NCBI GenBank assembly: GCA_963748625.1
Contig: CAVVJT010000008.1
Span: 78,792-142,791, forward strand
DNA: 64,000 nucleotides
Source of the DNA: an uncultured Chloroflexia bacterium
GTDB lineage: Bacteria; Chloroflexota; Limnocylindria; Limnocylindrales; CSP1-4
Direction: 5' to 3'
The notes beneath the pieces were generated by a model. That model was not told where the DNA came from. It worked only from the letters and a program-made list of their open reading frames with translations, and made no database searches. The stretch's first letter is position 1; every line of letters begins with the position of its first letter. Below, in pieces: positions 54,186-64,000 of the stretch. The position numbers and the translations under genes are program-made.

Positions 54186-55118
54186 GTGACCCTCAGCAGG
54201 TACCGCTTCCGGTTGTCGCCCATGGGCCGGCGTCTCGTGTGGGCGATCCTCGTGGTGGGCGCAGCCATCGGGCTGCTGATCGGTCTGTGGGCACTCCAGC
54301 TCCACCTTCGGATGGACCCCCTGGCCGATGTGCGCGCCTACTACGACGCCGGAGCGCGGCTCAACGCCGGCCTGCCGCTGTACGAGCAGGCGGCGACAAC
54401 CAACGAGGCGGCCTTCTACCGCTACCCGCCGCTGCTGGCCATCCTGTTCCGGCCCTTGGCGCTCCTCCCGTACGAGGTCGCCGCCCTCCTCTGGGAGGCC
54501 GTTGTTGTTGGCGCCACGCTTCTGACGCTGGTCCGGCTGCGGCCACGCAAGGTCGCACTGCTCGCAGCCTGCATGCTGGCGATGCCGATCGCGTGGACCG
54601 TGGCCATCGGCCAGGCGCAAGCCCTGGTCACGCTCTTCCTGACCATCGGCGCCCCGTGGTCGGTGGCATTCGCCGGTCACCTCAAGCTCTTCCCCTGGTT
54701 GGCTGCGATCTACTGGGTCGCCCGTCGGGATCGCCGTGCTCTGCTGTTGTTCGTCGCCTGGACGGCGGGCCTCGGGGTCGTCCAGCTGGTCCTGGCGCCG
54801 GCGGACACGATCGCCTACCTGACCTTCTCCACCCTTGAGCAGGTGGGCCAGGTCAACAACCTCTCGCCGTTTGCGATCTCGCCGATCCTGTGGGCCGTGA
54901 TGGTGGCGGCGCTCGCGATTGCCGCCCTGAGGTTCGGGCGCGGCCGGTACGGATGGCCGGTGGCCGTCGTCCTGGTGGTCTTCGCGACCCCCCGCCTGCT
55001 GAGCTACCAGCTCGACACGCTGCTCGCGATGTTCGGCGACCGGCTGCGCGATGGCCCGGTGGTCCGGGGTCCCGCTGGTCCGGACGGACCGGGGACGGCG
55101 CCCAGGCCCGAGCCCTAG
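54186..55118 (+). CDS. GT87 (DUF2029) membrane glycosyltransferase
   Basis: DVRAYYDAG, PLY, YRYPPL, IGQ and LKLFP. Confidence 0.85.
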   Translation: MTLSRYRFRLSPMGRRLVWAILVVGAAIGLLIGLWALQLHLRMDPLADVRAYYDAGARLNAGLPLYEQAATTNEAAFYRYPPLLAILFRPLALLPYEVAALLWEAVVVGATLLTLVRLRPRKVALLAACMLAMPIAWTVAIGQAQALVTLFLTIGAPWSVAFAGHLKLFPWLAAIYWVARRDRRALLLFVAWTAGLGVVQLVLAPADTIAYLTFSTLEQVGQVNNLSPFAISPILWAVMVAALAIAALRFGRGRYGWPVAVVLVVFATPRLLSYQLDTLLAMFGDRLRDGPVVRGPAGPDGPGTAPRPEP

Positions 55119-55127
55119 ACTGCGCCG

Positions 55128-56249
55128 ATGACACCCGGCGCCCGTTCGTTCGCCCTGCCCATCGCCGCCATCCTGGTGTTCGCCGGCTCGCTCGGCCTGA
55201 CCCTGTCCGTGGCCGGGAACACGCTGGGCTTCGACTTCCTCTGCTACCACCTTGCGGTGCAGCGCCTGCTTGCGGGCCAGCCCGTGTACGACCTCAGCTT
55301 CCAGAGTGCAGGTCCATTCGGGCTCTTCTACTACCCGCCCACCTTCATCCCGTTCCTCCTTCCGTTCGGACTCCTGGGGCCGGCCCTCGCGACCTGGGCC
55401 TGGATCGGCATGTCCGTGGTGGCTCTGCTGGCGGGCATCGCCCTGCTGCCCGTGGAGCGGCGCATCCGCTGGGTGATCCTGCTGCTGGCCGGGCTCTCGT
55501 GGCCGGTGATGTACGCCCTCAAGCTGGGGCAGGTGGGTCCGCTGCTCTTCCTGCTGTTCGCCGCCGGCTGGCGGGGCATCGCCAGCGAGGCGGTGGTGGG
55601 CGTGACCGGGGCCCTGGGTGCCGCGATCAAGATCCAGCCCGGACTGGTGCTCGCATGGGCATTGCTCACGCGGCGCTGGCGGGCGGTTGGGATCGGTGCT
55701 GCGGTGCTGGTGGGGATGGCGGCCGTGGGCACGCTCGCCGCGGGCATCCCCGCCTGGACTGACTTCCTGACCCTGGCCCGGCGCGTGGCCGACCCGATCA
55801 CCACGCCGCACAACACCACCGTCGGCGCCCTTCTCTACCAGGCTGGGCTGCTGTCGGCGGACGCCGCGCTCGTTGTCCACTGGATCTCTGTGGCGGTGGT
55901 CCTGGGCATCTTCGTGGTGTCGTCGCTGAAGCTTGGGCCGGTGCCGTCGTACCTGGTGGCGCTCATCGCGAGTCAGCTGATCCTGCCGATCATCTGGGAC
56001 CACTACGCGATGCTGCTGCTCATCCCCATCGCCTGGCTGCTGGACCGCGGGCACTGGTGGGCCGTGGTGTTCGCGCTCCTCACGCCGATGCCGCTCGCGG
56101 TGGTCTTCCCTCCAGTCGTCTACGGGATCGCCATGTGGGGGACGCTGGCGAGCGTGGTGGTGATCGGCGCCAAGGAGCCACGGGTCGTGCGGGGAGTGGC
56201 CACGCCCGGGCCGGCCTCGCCCGGGCCAGCCATGGGAGCAGCCGCCTGA
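55128..56249 (+). CDS. GT87 (DUF2029) membrane glycosyltransferase
   Basis: FDFLCY, FYYPP, LGQV, AIKIQP and PIIWDHY. Confidence 0.88.
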   Translation: MTPGARSFALPIAAILVFAGSLGLTLSVAGNTLGFDFLCYHLAVQRLLAGQPVYDLSFQSAGPFGLFYYPPTFIPFLLPFGLLGPALATWAWIGMSVVALLAGIALLPVERRIRWVILLLAGLSWPVMYALKLGQVGPLLFLLFAAGWRGIASEAVVGVTGALGAAIKIQPGLVLAWALLTRRWRAVGIGAAVLVGMAAVGTLAAGIPAWTDFLTLARRVADPITTPHNTTVGALLYQAGLLSADAALVVHWISVAVVLGIFVVSSLKLGPVPSYLVALIASQLILPIIWDHYAMLLLIPIAWLLDRGHWWAVVFALLTPMPLAVVFPPVVYGIAMWGTLASVVVIGAKEPRVVRGVATPGPASPGPAMGAAA

Positions 56250-57175
56250 TGCCCGTCATCCGGCTCCCGCTGTCGGCCCGGCATCGGCGCCTGATCCACC
56301 ACACGCTGGTCGGCCTCGGGATCGTGGTGGCGATCATGGTCTGGTACACGTACACGGTGGGCCCCAGCCAGCCGGTGGACGTCAGCTGGTACTGGCGCTC
56401 GGACCCGGCCAACCTCTACCCGCACCCGGAGCTGGCCGAGAAGAACGGCTACAACTACTCGCCCGCGTTCGAGATGCTTGTTGGCTGGGGCCGGCACCTG
56501 CCGTTCGAGGTGTTCACGGCGATCTGGCGGGCCGCGCTGCTCGCGGCGCTCGTGTACCTTGCCGGGCCGCTGACGATCTTCGTGATCTTCCTGCCGCCGG
56601 TGGCATCGGAGATCAACGCGGGCAACATCCAGATCCTCATGGCCCTCGCCATCTACAAGAGCTTCAAGTACCCGGGTGCCTGGGCGTTCATCCTGCTGAC
56701 CAAGGTGAGTCCGGCCGCCGCCATGGTCTGGTGGGTCGTGCGCCGGGAGTGGCGGTACCTGGCCATCGCGCTGGGGACGACGGCCGCCATCGCGCTGGTG
56801 GCGTTCGTGCTGTGGCCGGAGCGCTGGTCCGGCTGGATCGCACTGATCACCAGCGGCAAGGCGCCCGCCGTCTGGCCGTACTTCGTGCCGCTCACGTGGC
56901 GGCTGCCGGTGGCGATCGCCTTGGCGGCGATCGGCGGCTGGCGCGGCTGGAAGTGGACGGTCCCGGTGGCGGCAACGATCGCGCTGCCGGTGTTCTATGC
57001 GATGAGCTGGTCGATGCTCGTGGGCGTGCTGCCCTTCGTGCGAGAGACGATCGGGAAGGTGTTCCCACCGCCCGACGCCCACGCGCCGAACGGAGCGGCC
57101 GGTGCGGCCGGTGCACCTGGCTCAGTGAGTGCGGCCACCCCGGTTCCCATCGAAGAGTCGGCCGGCGCCGGGTGA
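56249..57175 (+). CDS. GT87-like membrane glycosyltransferase
   Basis: DVSWYW, YNYSP, AGNI and LTKVSP. TGATG overlap with the preceding gene. Confidence 0.8.
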   Translation: MPVIRLPLSARHRRLIHHTLVGLGIVVAIMVWYTYTVGPSQPVDVSWYWRSDPANLYPHPELAEKNGYNYSPAFEMLVGWGRHLPFEVFTAIWRAALLAALVYLAGPLTIFVIFLPPVASEINAGNIQILMALAIYKSFKYPGAWAFILLTKVSPAAAMVWWVVRREWRYLAIALGTTAAIALVAFVLWPERWSGWIALITSGKAPAVWPYFVPLTWRLPVAIALAAIGGWRGWKWTVPVAATIALPVFYAMSWSMLVGVLPFVRETIGKVFPPPDAHAPNGAAGAAGAPGSVSAATPVPIEESAGAG

Positions 57176-57248
57176 CCAGCGGGGTATGCAAGCCCTCGGT
57201 TGGGCCCTCGCACCCGTCCGTCTGCTGCACCCGCGATACTGACCCGCG

Positions 57249-59702
57249 ATGACTGCCCTCGCCGCCACGCCGAGCACCGACGCGCGGGCCAGGCGCACGC
57301 TGCGCCCGTCACGGATGACCCTCATCGGTCTGGGTGTGACGGCGGTCGCCTTCGTGGTCTTCTGGCTGTCGAACAAGGGGTTCGATGCCGGGCGGGGCGA
57401 CTTCTTCTACCTCGCCGATGCCTTCCTCCAGGGCCGCACCTGGATCGAGAAGGGCCTGGGGCCCAACGACATCATCAGCATCGGCGGGCGCGTGCTCGTC
57501 CCCTTCGCCCCGTTCCCGGCGATCGTGCTGGCGCCGCTGGTTGCCCTGATCGGGCCGGAGACCGCGGACCAGTGGGAGAGCGGTGTCAACGCCCTCCTCG
57601 CGGCCTGCGTCGTGGGGCTGGCGTGGTGGACGAGCGGGCGGATCGGCGTGGCCCGGGCGTGGGACCGGCTGGCGCTGGTGCTGATCCTGGGCTTCGGCAC
57701 GCAGGTCTGGTGGGTGACCACCCGTGGCGGCGTGTGGCACACCGGGCACCTCGTCGCCATCATCCTGTGCCTGCTGATGATCGCCGAGCTGTTCGGGAAG
57801 TGCCGGCCCAACATCCTGGGCCTGCTCATCGGCGCGGCCTTCCTGACCCGCGCACCGATCGCGTTCGCCGCCATCCCGGTGGCGCTCTGGCTGATCCCGG
57901 AGGGGTCGGGCCTGTTGGAGCGGGGCCGTCCTCTGGGCGACCGAGTCAAGGCGCTGCCGTGGGTTGACTGGGTGTTTCTGGGCGTGGGGATCCTGCCCGC
58001 GCTGCTGTTCTTCTTCTGGTACAACCTCGACCGGTTCGGGTCGCCCCTGGAGTCCGGCTACGGTCTCGCCACCCTGCCCGAGTGGCTGGAGAACCAGCGC
58101 AAGCTGGGCCTGTTCGCCACGGTGCACGTGGGGATGAACATCAACTACCTGTTCCTCAAGCTGCCGGCGTTCACCTCGTACTTCCCCTACTTCAAGCCCG
58201 ACGGCCTGGGTCTGAGCGTGCTGCTCACCTCGCCCGCGCTGTTCCTGGGGCTGCTGGCGCCGTGGCGGGACCGCCGTACCTGGCTCCTGGCGCTGGCGGT
58301 CGTGGTGATCCTGGTGCCGACACTGCTCTACTACGGCGGCGGCTGGCTGCAGTACGGGTACCGCTACTTCCTGGACTCGATCCCATTCCTGTGGGCGATG
58401 GTGGCCATGTGGGTGGCACGCCGGCGCGGCGGGATGCCGTGGTGGGGCTGGACGCTGGTGTTCTGGGGGGTCCTGGTGGGCCTGGGCGGCGTGTACTGGG
58501 CGTACAACCTGCTCGCGGAGACCGCATTCGTACGGCGTGCGTGGATTCAGGCCCGTCTCCCTTGGCGCTCCATCACCGGAGTACTGAACCTGGCGACGGG
58601 GGTCATGCTGGCCGTGACAATCGGGCAGGCTCTCGCGCTCTCCGGGTCAACTCCGGCGATTGAGGTGCCATCGGCATGGACGAGCTGGTCTGGGGCCGCC
58701 TCGCAACCGAACGTGTACGTCGTGCTCGTGGACGGGCATGCGCGGCGTGATGTCCTCCGTCAGCGCTTCGACCATGACTTGGAGCCTCTGGCTGGGACCC
58801 TGGAGCGCCTGGGATTCCAAGAGGCGCCGCGGAGCACCACGAACCACGCATTCACGAGATACGCCCTCCCGGTTCTGCTCAATGGACGACCGCTCTCCGA
58901 ACTCGGGCAGGACATGGACAGCCCCGCGGACGAAGCCCTTCCGTTCCGCGCACTGAATCGGCCAGCGGCCTTCGTTGCTGCACAGGCGGCCGGGTACGAG
59001 GTGGTGACGGTGACCTCCGGCTACGACCACGTCCGGATCCGAGGCGCCGATGTCGAGATTGACGCCGGCGCGCGAACTGAGATGGAATCAGCCTTCCTCC
59101 GCGGTATCGCCGCGGGGCCGCTCCTGGACAAGGTGTCCGGCGGGGAGCTCAAGGCCCAGCGCGACCGGGTGCTGTTCGACTTCGCAGCCCTCGATCGAAT
59201 CGCAAGCGCCTCCTCAGACCGACCACGGCTCGTGTTTGCCCACATTCCCGCACCCCACCGGCCAATCACGCTCGCCGGCGATTGCGAGCCGCGATCCTCC
59301 TTGAACGGGTTGCCGGCCGTGGTGGCCCAGATGGAGCAGACGACCTGCGTGGACAAGCTCCTCGCCGCGACACTCGAGCACCTGGTGGCTCGTGATCCGT
59401 CGGCCGTGATCCTCGTGCTGTCCGACCACGGGCCCGAGGAGACCATCAATTGGTCTGACCCACAGCCCGATGGTGTTCGGGATCGCATCGCGAATCTCTT
59501 CTGGGCTCGAACGCCGGAGCGCCCACACTTGTTTCCAGCGGACGTCTCGTTGGTCAACGTGATGCCGATCCTGTTCAACGGATACTTCGGCACCAACCTC
59601 CCGATCCACCCGAACGCAAGCTATCTGGGCCCAACGCGGCAACAGCCGCGCTTTGTACTGGCCGACGACGCGGGCGAATTCTCCTCGGACGAGGTGCCGT
59701 GA
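57249..59702 (+). CDS. GT-C-like membrane protein fused in frame to a sulfatase/LtaS-like phosphotransferase domain
   Basis: N-terminal part has YLADAFLQG, YNLDRFGSPLESGY and QYGYRY. C-terminal part has VVLVDGHAR, AFTRYAL, FAHIPAPH and ILVLSDHG. Confidence 0.75.
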   Translation: MTALAATPSTDARARRTLRPSRMTLIGLGVTAVAFVVFWLSNKGFDAGRGDFFYLADAFLQGRTWIEKGLGPNDIISIGGRVLVPFAPFPAIVLAPLVALIGPETADQWESGVNALLAACVVGLAWWTSGRIGVARAWDRLALVLILGFGTQVWWVTTRGGVWHTGHLVAIILCLLMIAELFGKCRPNILGLLIGAAFLTRAPIAFAAIPVALWLIPEGSGLLERGRPLGDRVKALPWVDWVFLGVGILPALLFFFWYNLDRFGSPLESGYGLATLPEWLENQRKLGLFATVHVGMNINYLFLKLPAFTSYFPYFKPDGLGLSVLLTSPALFLGLLAPWRDRRTWLLALAVVVILVPTLLYYGGGWLQYGYRYFLDSIPFLWAMVAMWVARRRGGMPWWGWTLVFWGVLVGLGGVYWAYNLLAETAFVRRAWIQARLPWRSITGVLNLATGVMLAVTIGQALALSGSTPAIEVPSAWTSWSGAASQPNVYVVLVDGHARRDVLRQRFDHDLEPLAGTLERLGFQEAPRSTTNHAFTRYALPVLLNGRPLSELGQDMDSPADEALPFRALNRPAAFVAAQAAGYEVVTVTSGYDHVRIRGADVEIDAGARTEMESAFLRGIAAGPLLDKVSGGELKAQRDRVLFDFAALDRIASASSDRPRLVFAHIPAPHRPITLAGDCEPRSSLNGLPAVVAQMEQTTCVDKLLAATLEHLVARDPSAVILVLSDHGPEETINWSDPQPDGVRDRIANLFWARTPERPHLFPADVSLVNVMPILFNGYFGTNLPIHPNASYLGPTRQQPRFVLADDAGEFSSDEVP

Positions 59703-59707
59703 TGAGG

Positions 59708-59740
59708 CAGAAGCCGCCCGGCGGAACCGGGCGGCTTCTG
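59708..59740. terminator. Bidirectional terminator hairpin between convergent genes
   Basis: CAGAAGCCGCCCGG-CGGAA-CCGGGCGGCTTCTG. Confidence 0.8.
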
Positions 59741-59763
59741 TATTGCCGAGGACTGCCGAGGGC

Positions 59764-62700
59764 CTACTTGAGCACGAACTGGTCGAACGAGACGTCGTAG
59801 CCCTTGGAGGCCTTCTGCTTCGAGCCGAGCGCAACGATCCGCACCGTGTGCACGGTGTTGGACAGCGTTGCCGAGGCCCAGACCTTGGACTTGTACGCGG
59901 TGCTCGAGCGGTAGAGGTCCACCGTGGCCTTCTTGACGCCGTCGATGTAGACGGCGGCCTTGCCGTAGGTCCGGCCCTTGGTGCCGTACCAGGTGAAGCC
60001 GGTGCCCTTGAACTGGAAGGTCATGGCGGGGCCCGCCTTCCCGGTCGCCGCCTTGTGGTTGGTCACGTCATACGCGGACCCGTAGGCGGAGGTGGTGGAG
60101 AACCGGCGGAACTGCATCCGGACGGCAGTGGACGTGTCATCCACGGTGGCCGGGCCGTCGATCCGGAACGCATCGACGTACACCCACGTGCTGCTGGACG
60201 CCTTGGGCTTCGTGCCCTTGGGCACCACCCGCAACGTGTGCGAGCCGGCGGCCAGACCACTCGCGCTCCAGATGGTCGCCTTGTACTTGTTGGAGGAGGC
60301 GTAGAAGTTGCCCGTGGCCTTGAGCACGCCGTCGAGGTAGATGGAGGCGTAGCCGCCCTGCGGCCCACGGAAGCCCACGAGGGCGATCGAGGTGCCCGCG
60401 AACGCGTACGTGAGCTGCGTCGATCCCTTCCGCGAGAGCTTCATCGAGCCGCCGTTTGCCGACCCGGTGGACCACTTCCCCCATGTCTCGCTGACCGCGA
60501 CGGAGCTCTCCTGCACGGTGAGGGAGGTGCGGACGTTCACGCCTGTTGGCTGGACGAGGTTCCCGTTGAGGTCCTGGATCGGTGAGGCGAGGATCACCGT
60601 GTAGGTCTGGCCGGGCATCAGCGCAGATGTTGGGGTGAACGTGGCGACCGTTGGTGAGACCACCGTGACGCTGCCCGGCACCTTGGTGCTGGTGCCGGCG
60701 ATGACGACGCTGAAGTCCGTGCCGTCAACCCCGGTGACCGGCTCCGAGAAGGTGGCGGTGAAGGCCGAGGTGATCGCCATGCCCGAGGCCGGGGTGACCA
60801 CGACGGTTGGCCGCGTGGAGTCGACCGTGAACGAGAACGTTGCCGATGTGGCGACGACCTGCCCCGAGGCGTTGAGGCCGTTGACCCGCCAGTAGTAGGT
60901 GCCGTTCGCCAGCACGGCCTTCGGCGCCCAGGCGGTCATCACGGTCGTGACCGGGAAGCCGCTGACGGAGCCCGAGAAGGCTGCCGATGTGCTCAGATCC
61001 AGCCGGTACTTCGGCAGTGGATACGTCGTGGTCCACTGGAAGAGCAGGTTGCTGACGTTGGGCTTCGCGCCGTTGGTGGGACTGGTGAGGGTGGGAGCGG
61101 CAGGATCGAGCCTGAAGGACCGGGTCGTGGACCACGGCCCGGCCCGGCCGTCGGCGTCCTTGGCACGCACCTTCCAGTAGTACGTGCCGCCCGCCAGCGG
61201 ATTGATGTAGGCCCAGGCGGTCATCGACGTGCTGCCGGAGATCGGCGACGAGAAGTTGGCGTCCGTGTCCACGTAGACGTCGTACGTGGCGGCGTAGGAG
61301 CGCGGCTGCCACTGGAGGTAGGGCACACCGGGCACGACCGCCGCGTTCGCCGGGTAGGTTTGGATCACGGGGAGCGAAGTCTTGGTGACCAGGCGGGCAC
61401 TGCTGAACGTCAGAGAGTTGCCGGACGCATCGAGCGCCTGGACCCGCCAGTAGACAGGACCCTCAGGGTACGTCTTGGCGAACGACGTGAAGGTTGTCTG
61501 GTCGACCGTCGCCGTCTCGTAGATGCTGGCGAAGTCCGCCACCAGCGAGGTCTGGATCCGGTACAGCTCAGCCTCCTGCGTCACCGGCGGCAGCAGCCCT
61601 TGGTTCGTCTGCAGGAAGTCGGCCCACGTGAAGGTGAGCTCATCGCCGACCGACGCGCTGCTGGCCGGCGTCGCGAGGGCAATGCCCTGCGAGCGCTTCT
61701 GGAACGCGGATGCGTTCGCCTGGGCTTCGCTGTCGAACCGCCCGGTGTTGTCAGTCCGGAGCGGCCGCACGAACCAGTAGAAGGCCTGGTTCGCCTGGTT
61801 GTCGAGGAACGACTCCCGGGGCGTCAGCTCGGTGAAAACCGTGTCATACGTCCGATAGATGTTCGTGAAGTTCGGGTCGTTGGCGATGTAGACGCGGTAC
61901 ACGAGGGCTCCTGGAATGGAGTCCCACCTGAGCGTCGGGGTGTCCGCGATGGGCGAGCAGGGGCTGGCGGGCGGGCACTTGGTGGGCGTGCTGTAGCCCG
62001 CCGGCAGCATCAGGTCCGGTGCCTTGATCACGAAGTTCGAAGCGCTGCTCGAGGCGGCGAGGAGCGCGTTTCCGTCGTCGAACGCCTCGACGTACCACCA
62101 GTAGGTGCCCGTTGCGACGACCGTCGTCGGGTAGGTGTAGGCCGGGTACTCAGTCTGGCTGCCGAGCAGCGTGTAGACGCTGCCGTTGGGGCTGTACCAG
62201 ACCTTGTACTTCGCCGCCCCGGTGACCGGTTGCCAGGTGAGCGACGGCATGTCGTAGGACTGGGCGCCGGCTGCGGGGCCGGTCTGCTCGGGCGCCGGGT
62301 ACGTCGTGCTGATGGCGGTCAGCGAGAACGTCCACCAGTCGGCCTGGGCTGGAATGACGCCCAGCGCGCTGGCGTAGTCGTACGCTCGGACATACCACTT
62401 GAAGGGGCCCTGGGCCGGGTCCAGCGCGCCCGTGGGCGTAAACGAGGTGGAGTACGTGTCCCCGCTGGTCAGGTCACCGTCCTTGTCGACGATCGTCACG
62501 CGGTAGCGCCGCGCCGTGGGCACGTTGTCCCAGGTGAGGGTCGGCACCTCGACCGTCGCCCCGTCCGCCGGGGAGACCTGCTGCGGGGTGGGCGGGATGT
62601 AGGCGAACGACCACAGGTCGGCGGGGCTGGTGTTGGACCACAGGCCGAGGACGCCCGGCTCACCGGCGCCCGGGTTCTTGACTGGCGAATCAATGCCGCG

Positions 62701-63903
62701 AACGTGCCAGTAGACGGTGGCACCGACCGGGAGGCTGATGGAGCAGCCGCCGGGCTCGCCGGACCCGACGACCCGCGAGTAGGGGGTGAACCGGGTGTGG
62801 TTGGTGTAACACGAGTCCGAGTTGGTGGGGAAGAAGTTGGGGTCCTCGCTCCATTCGATCTCGTAGTAGGCGGCGTTCTGGATGGGCGTCCACGAGAACG
62901 TGGGGTCGTCAACGGAGAAGTCGCCGTTGGCCGGTGTGAGCAGGGTCGGCCTGGGGCTCCACGCGCGCTGGAAGCGCCACTCGGTGGACCAGAGTCCGTT
63001 GTTCGCGGCGGCGTCCTTGGCCCGCACCCGCCAGAAGTAGTTGCCGTTGTTGAGGGTCGTGGGCGGGGAGTACCGCGTGCCTTTGGCCGTCACGTCCACC
63101 GTGACGTTGTTCGCCCAGTCGCCATTGGGGCTCACCTGGACCTGGTAGGACTTCGCCCCGGGCACCGGCGCCCAGTCGAGTACGACATCGGTGACGGTGG
63201 CAGTGTCGGCCGGCGCGACAAGCACCGGGACCGACGGCCAGTCCACGCTGAACGCACGCGGCGCGGAGTAGTCGGAGAAGAGCCCGCCCGACACGCCGCG
63301 AACCCGCCACCAGAAGGACTGGCCGCTCGTGAGCGGGTCGGTGATGACAAACGCGGTGTTCTTGGTCGAAAGGGTCTCGGCGCCGATGAAGTCATCGGCA
63401 TCGTCGACCTGGAGCTGGTAGCTCTGGGCGCCCGGCAGCGGGTCCCAGGTGAACAGCAGCGGGTCCGCCGGGAACTGGAGCGTGTCATCGGCGGCCGGCG
63501 TCAGCGGGTTGGGGGCGGAGGCCCACTCCTTGGTGAAGGTGCCGTTGGCCCACACGCCGAGCGCATTGGTCGAATCGCGTGCGGCGACACGCCAGTACAG
63601 CTCGCCGAGGGGCAGCTCCTCGTCGTGCGCGTAGCGAAGGTTCGCCGTCTCCACGGCAACGGCCGCCGCCGCGAACGTCGGGCTCGAGCTCACCTCGATG
63701 CGGTACTTGACCGCGTCGGCAACGGCGCCCCACGCAAAGACGGGGTTCGCGGATACCGTGTCACCACTGGCCGGCGAGGTCAGCGTTGGCGCAGCGAGGG
63801 TGGCCGCGGCCGCCCTCCCCGGTGCTCCCAGTGGAGCAAGCGTGGCGACCATCATCGCCGCCATGACGAGGGCGGTGATCCGCCCGAACCTTCGGCTGGT
63901 CAT
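59764..63903 (-). CDS. 1379-aa secreted surface protein: ten Fn3-like repeats, an Ig-like (Big_5-type) domain and two basic C-terminal beta-sandwich domains
   Basis: Signal peptide, ten YYWRVRA-type motifs spaced about 100 aa apart, FTATFSEPV...IQDLNGN, and two F.GT...G..G...G.A..Y.DG modules. Confidence 0.85.
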   Translation of the reverse strand: MTSRRFGRITALVMAAMMVATLAPLGAPGRAAAATLAAPTLTSPASGDTVSANPVFAWGAVADAVKYRIEVSSSPTFAAAAVAVETANLRYAHDEELPLGELYWRVAARDSTNALGVWANGTFTKEWASAPNPLTPAADDTLQFPADPLLFTWDPLPGAQSYQLQVDDADDFIGAETLSTKNTAFVITDPLTSGQSFWWRVRGVSGGLFSDYSAPRAFSVDWPSVPVLVAPADTATVTDVVLDWAPVPGAKSYQVQVSPNGDWANNVTVDVTAKGTRYSPPTTLNNGNYFWRVRAKDAAANNGLWSTEWRFQRAWSPRPTLLTPANGDFSVDDPTFSWTPIQNAAYYEIEWSEDPNFFPTNSDSCYTNHTRFTPYSRVVGSGEPGGCSISLPVGATVYWHVRGIDSPVKNPGAGEPGVLGLWSNTSPADLWSFAYIPPTPQQVSPADGATVEVPTLTWDNVPTARRYRVTIVDKDGDLTSGDTYSTSFTPTGALDPAQGPFKWYVRAYDYASALGVIPAQADWWTFSLTAISTTYPAPEQTGPAAGAQSYDMPSLTWQPVTGAAKYKVWYSPNGSVYTLLGSQTEYPAYTYPTTVVATGTYWWYVEAFDDGNALLAASSSASNFVIKAPDLMLPAGYSTPTKCPPASPCSPIADTPTLRWDSIPGALVYRVYIANDPNFTNIYRTYDTVFTELTPRESFLDNQANQAFYWFVRPLRTDNTGRFDSEAQANASAFQKRSQGIALATPASSASVGDELTFTWADFLQTNQGLLPPVTQEAELYRIQTSLVADFASIYETATVDQTTFTSFAKTYPEGPVYWRVQALDASGNSLTFSSARLVTKTSLPVIQTYPANAAVVPGVPYLQWQPRSYAATYDVYVDTDANFSSPISGSTSMTAWAYINPLAGGTYYWKVRAKDADGRAGPWSTTRSFRLDPAAPTLTSPTNGAKPNVSNLLFQWTTTYPLPKYRLDLSTSAAFSGSVSGFPVTTVMTAWAPKAVLANGTYYWRVNGLNASGQVVATSATFSFTVDSTRPTVVVTPASGMAITSAFTATFSEPVTGVDGTDFSVVIAGTSTKVPGSVTVVSPTVATFTPTSALMPGQTYTVILASPIQDLNGNLVQPTGVNVRTSLTVQESSVAVSETWGKWSTGSANGGSMKLSRKGSTQLTYAFAGTSIALVGFRGPQGGYASIYLDGVLKATGNFYASSNKYKATIWSASGLAAGSHTLRVVPKGTKPKASSSTWVYVDAFRIDGPATVDDTSTAVRMQFRRFSTTSAYGSAYDVTNHKAATGKAGPAMTFQFKGTGFTWYGTKGRTYGKAAVYIDGVKKATVDLYRSSTAYKSKVWASATLSNTVHTVRIVALGSKQKASKGYDVSFDQFVLK

Positions 63904-64000
63904 TGACGCCAGACCCCCATTCTTCCCCGGTTCTATGCGCTGGAGGCGACCGTCCCCTTCCGGTCGCGTGCACCCGATCGCCGTACTCTACTCACCGCGT

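Overview
High-GC bacterial chromosome segment. Gene order and content suggest a monoderm Chloroflexota-like organism (inference only). From left to right it holds: (1) a GcvT-family FAD oxidoreductase with a TetR regulator; (2) a nitrite/NO module with a lipoprotein NirK carrying an extra cupredoxin domain, a His-rich membrane protein and an Rrf2 regulator; (3) a core block DUF1385-prfA-prmC-HAD-tsaC-glyA-wecA/mraY-like; (4) two surface proteins; (5) the F1F0 ATP synthase operon, then murA and mreB; (6) envelope genes, nfo, hpf and comF; (7) a secretin-less Tad/Flp pilus locus with three Flp pilins; (8) directly upstream of the pilins, an operon of a DegS-like kinase, a DegU-like regulator, a second DegS-like protein with an intact His box but a degenerate ATPase domain, and a 54-aa atypical pilin; (9) a cluster of GT-C/GT87 glycosyltransferases ending in a GT-C/phosphotransferase fusion; (10) a 1379-aa repeat surface protein. 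The best candidate for an undescribed system is the DegS/DegU/pseudokinase phosphorelay coupled to Tad pili and ComF. The window also shows many short tandem duplications at gene ends, many apparently leaderless genes, and numerous single-base frameshifts that are probably long-read errors.
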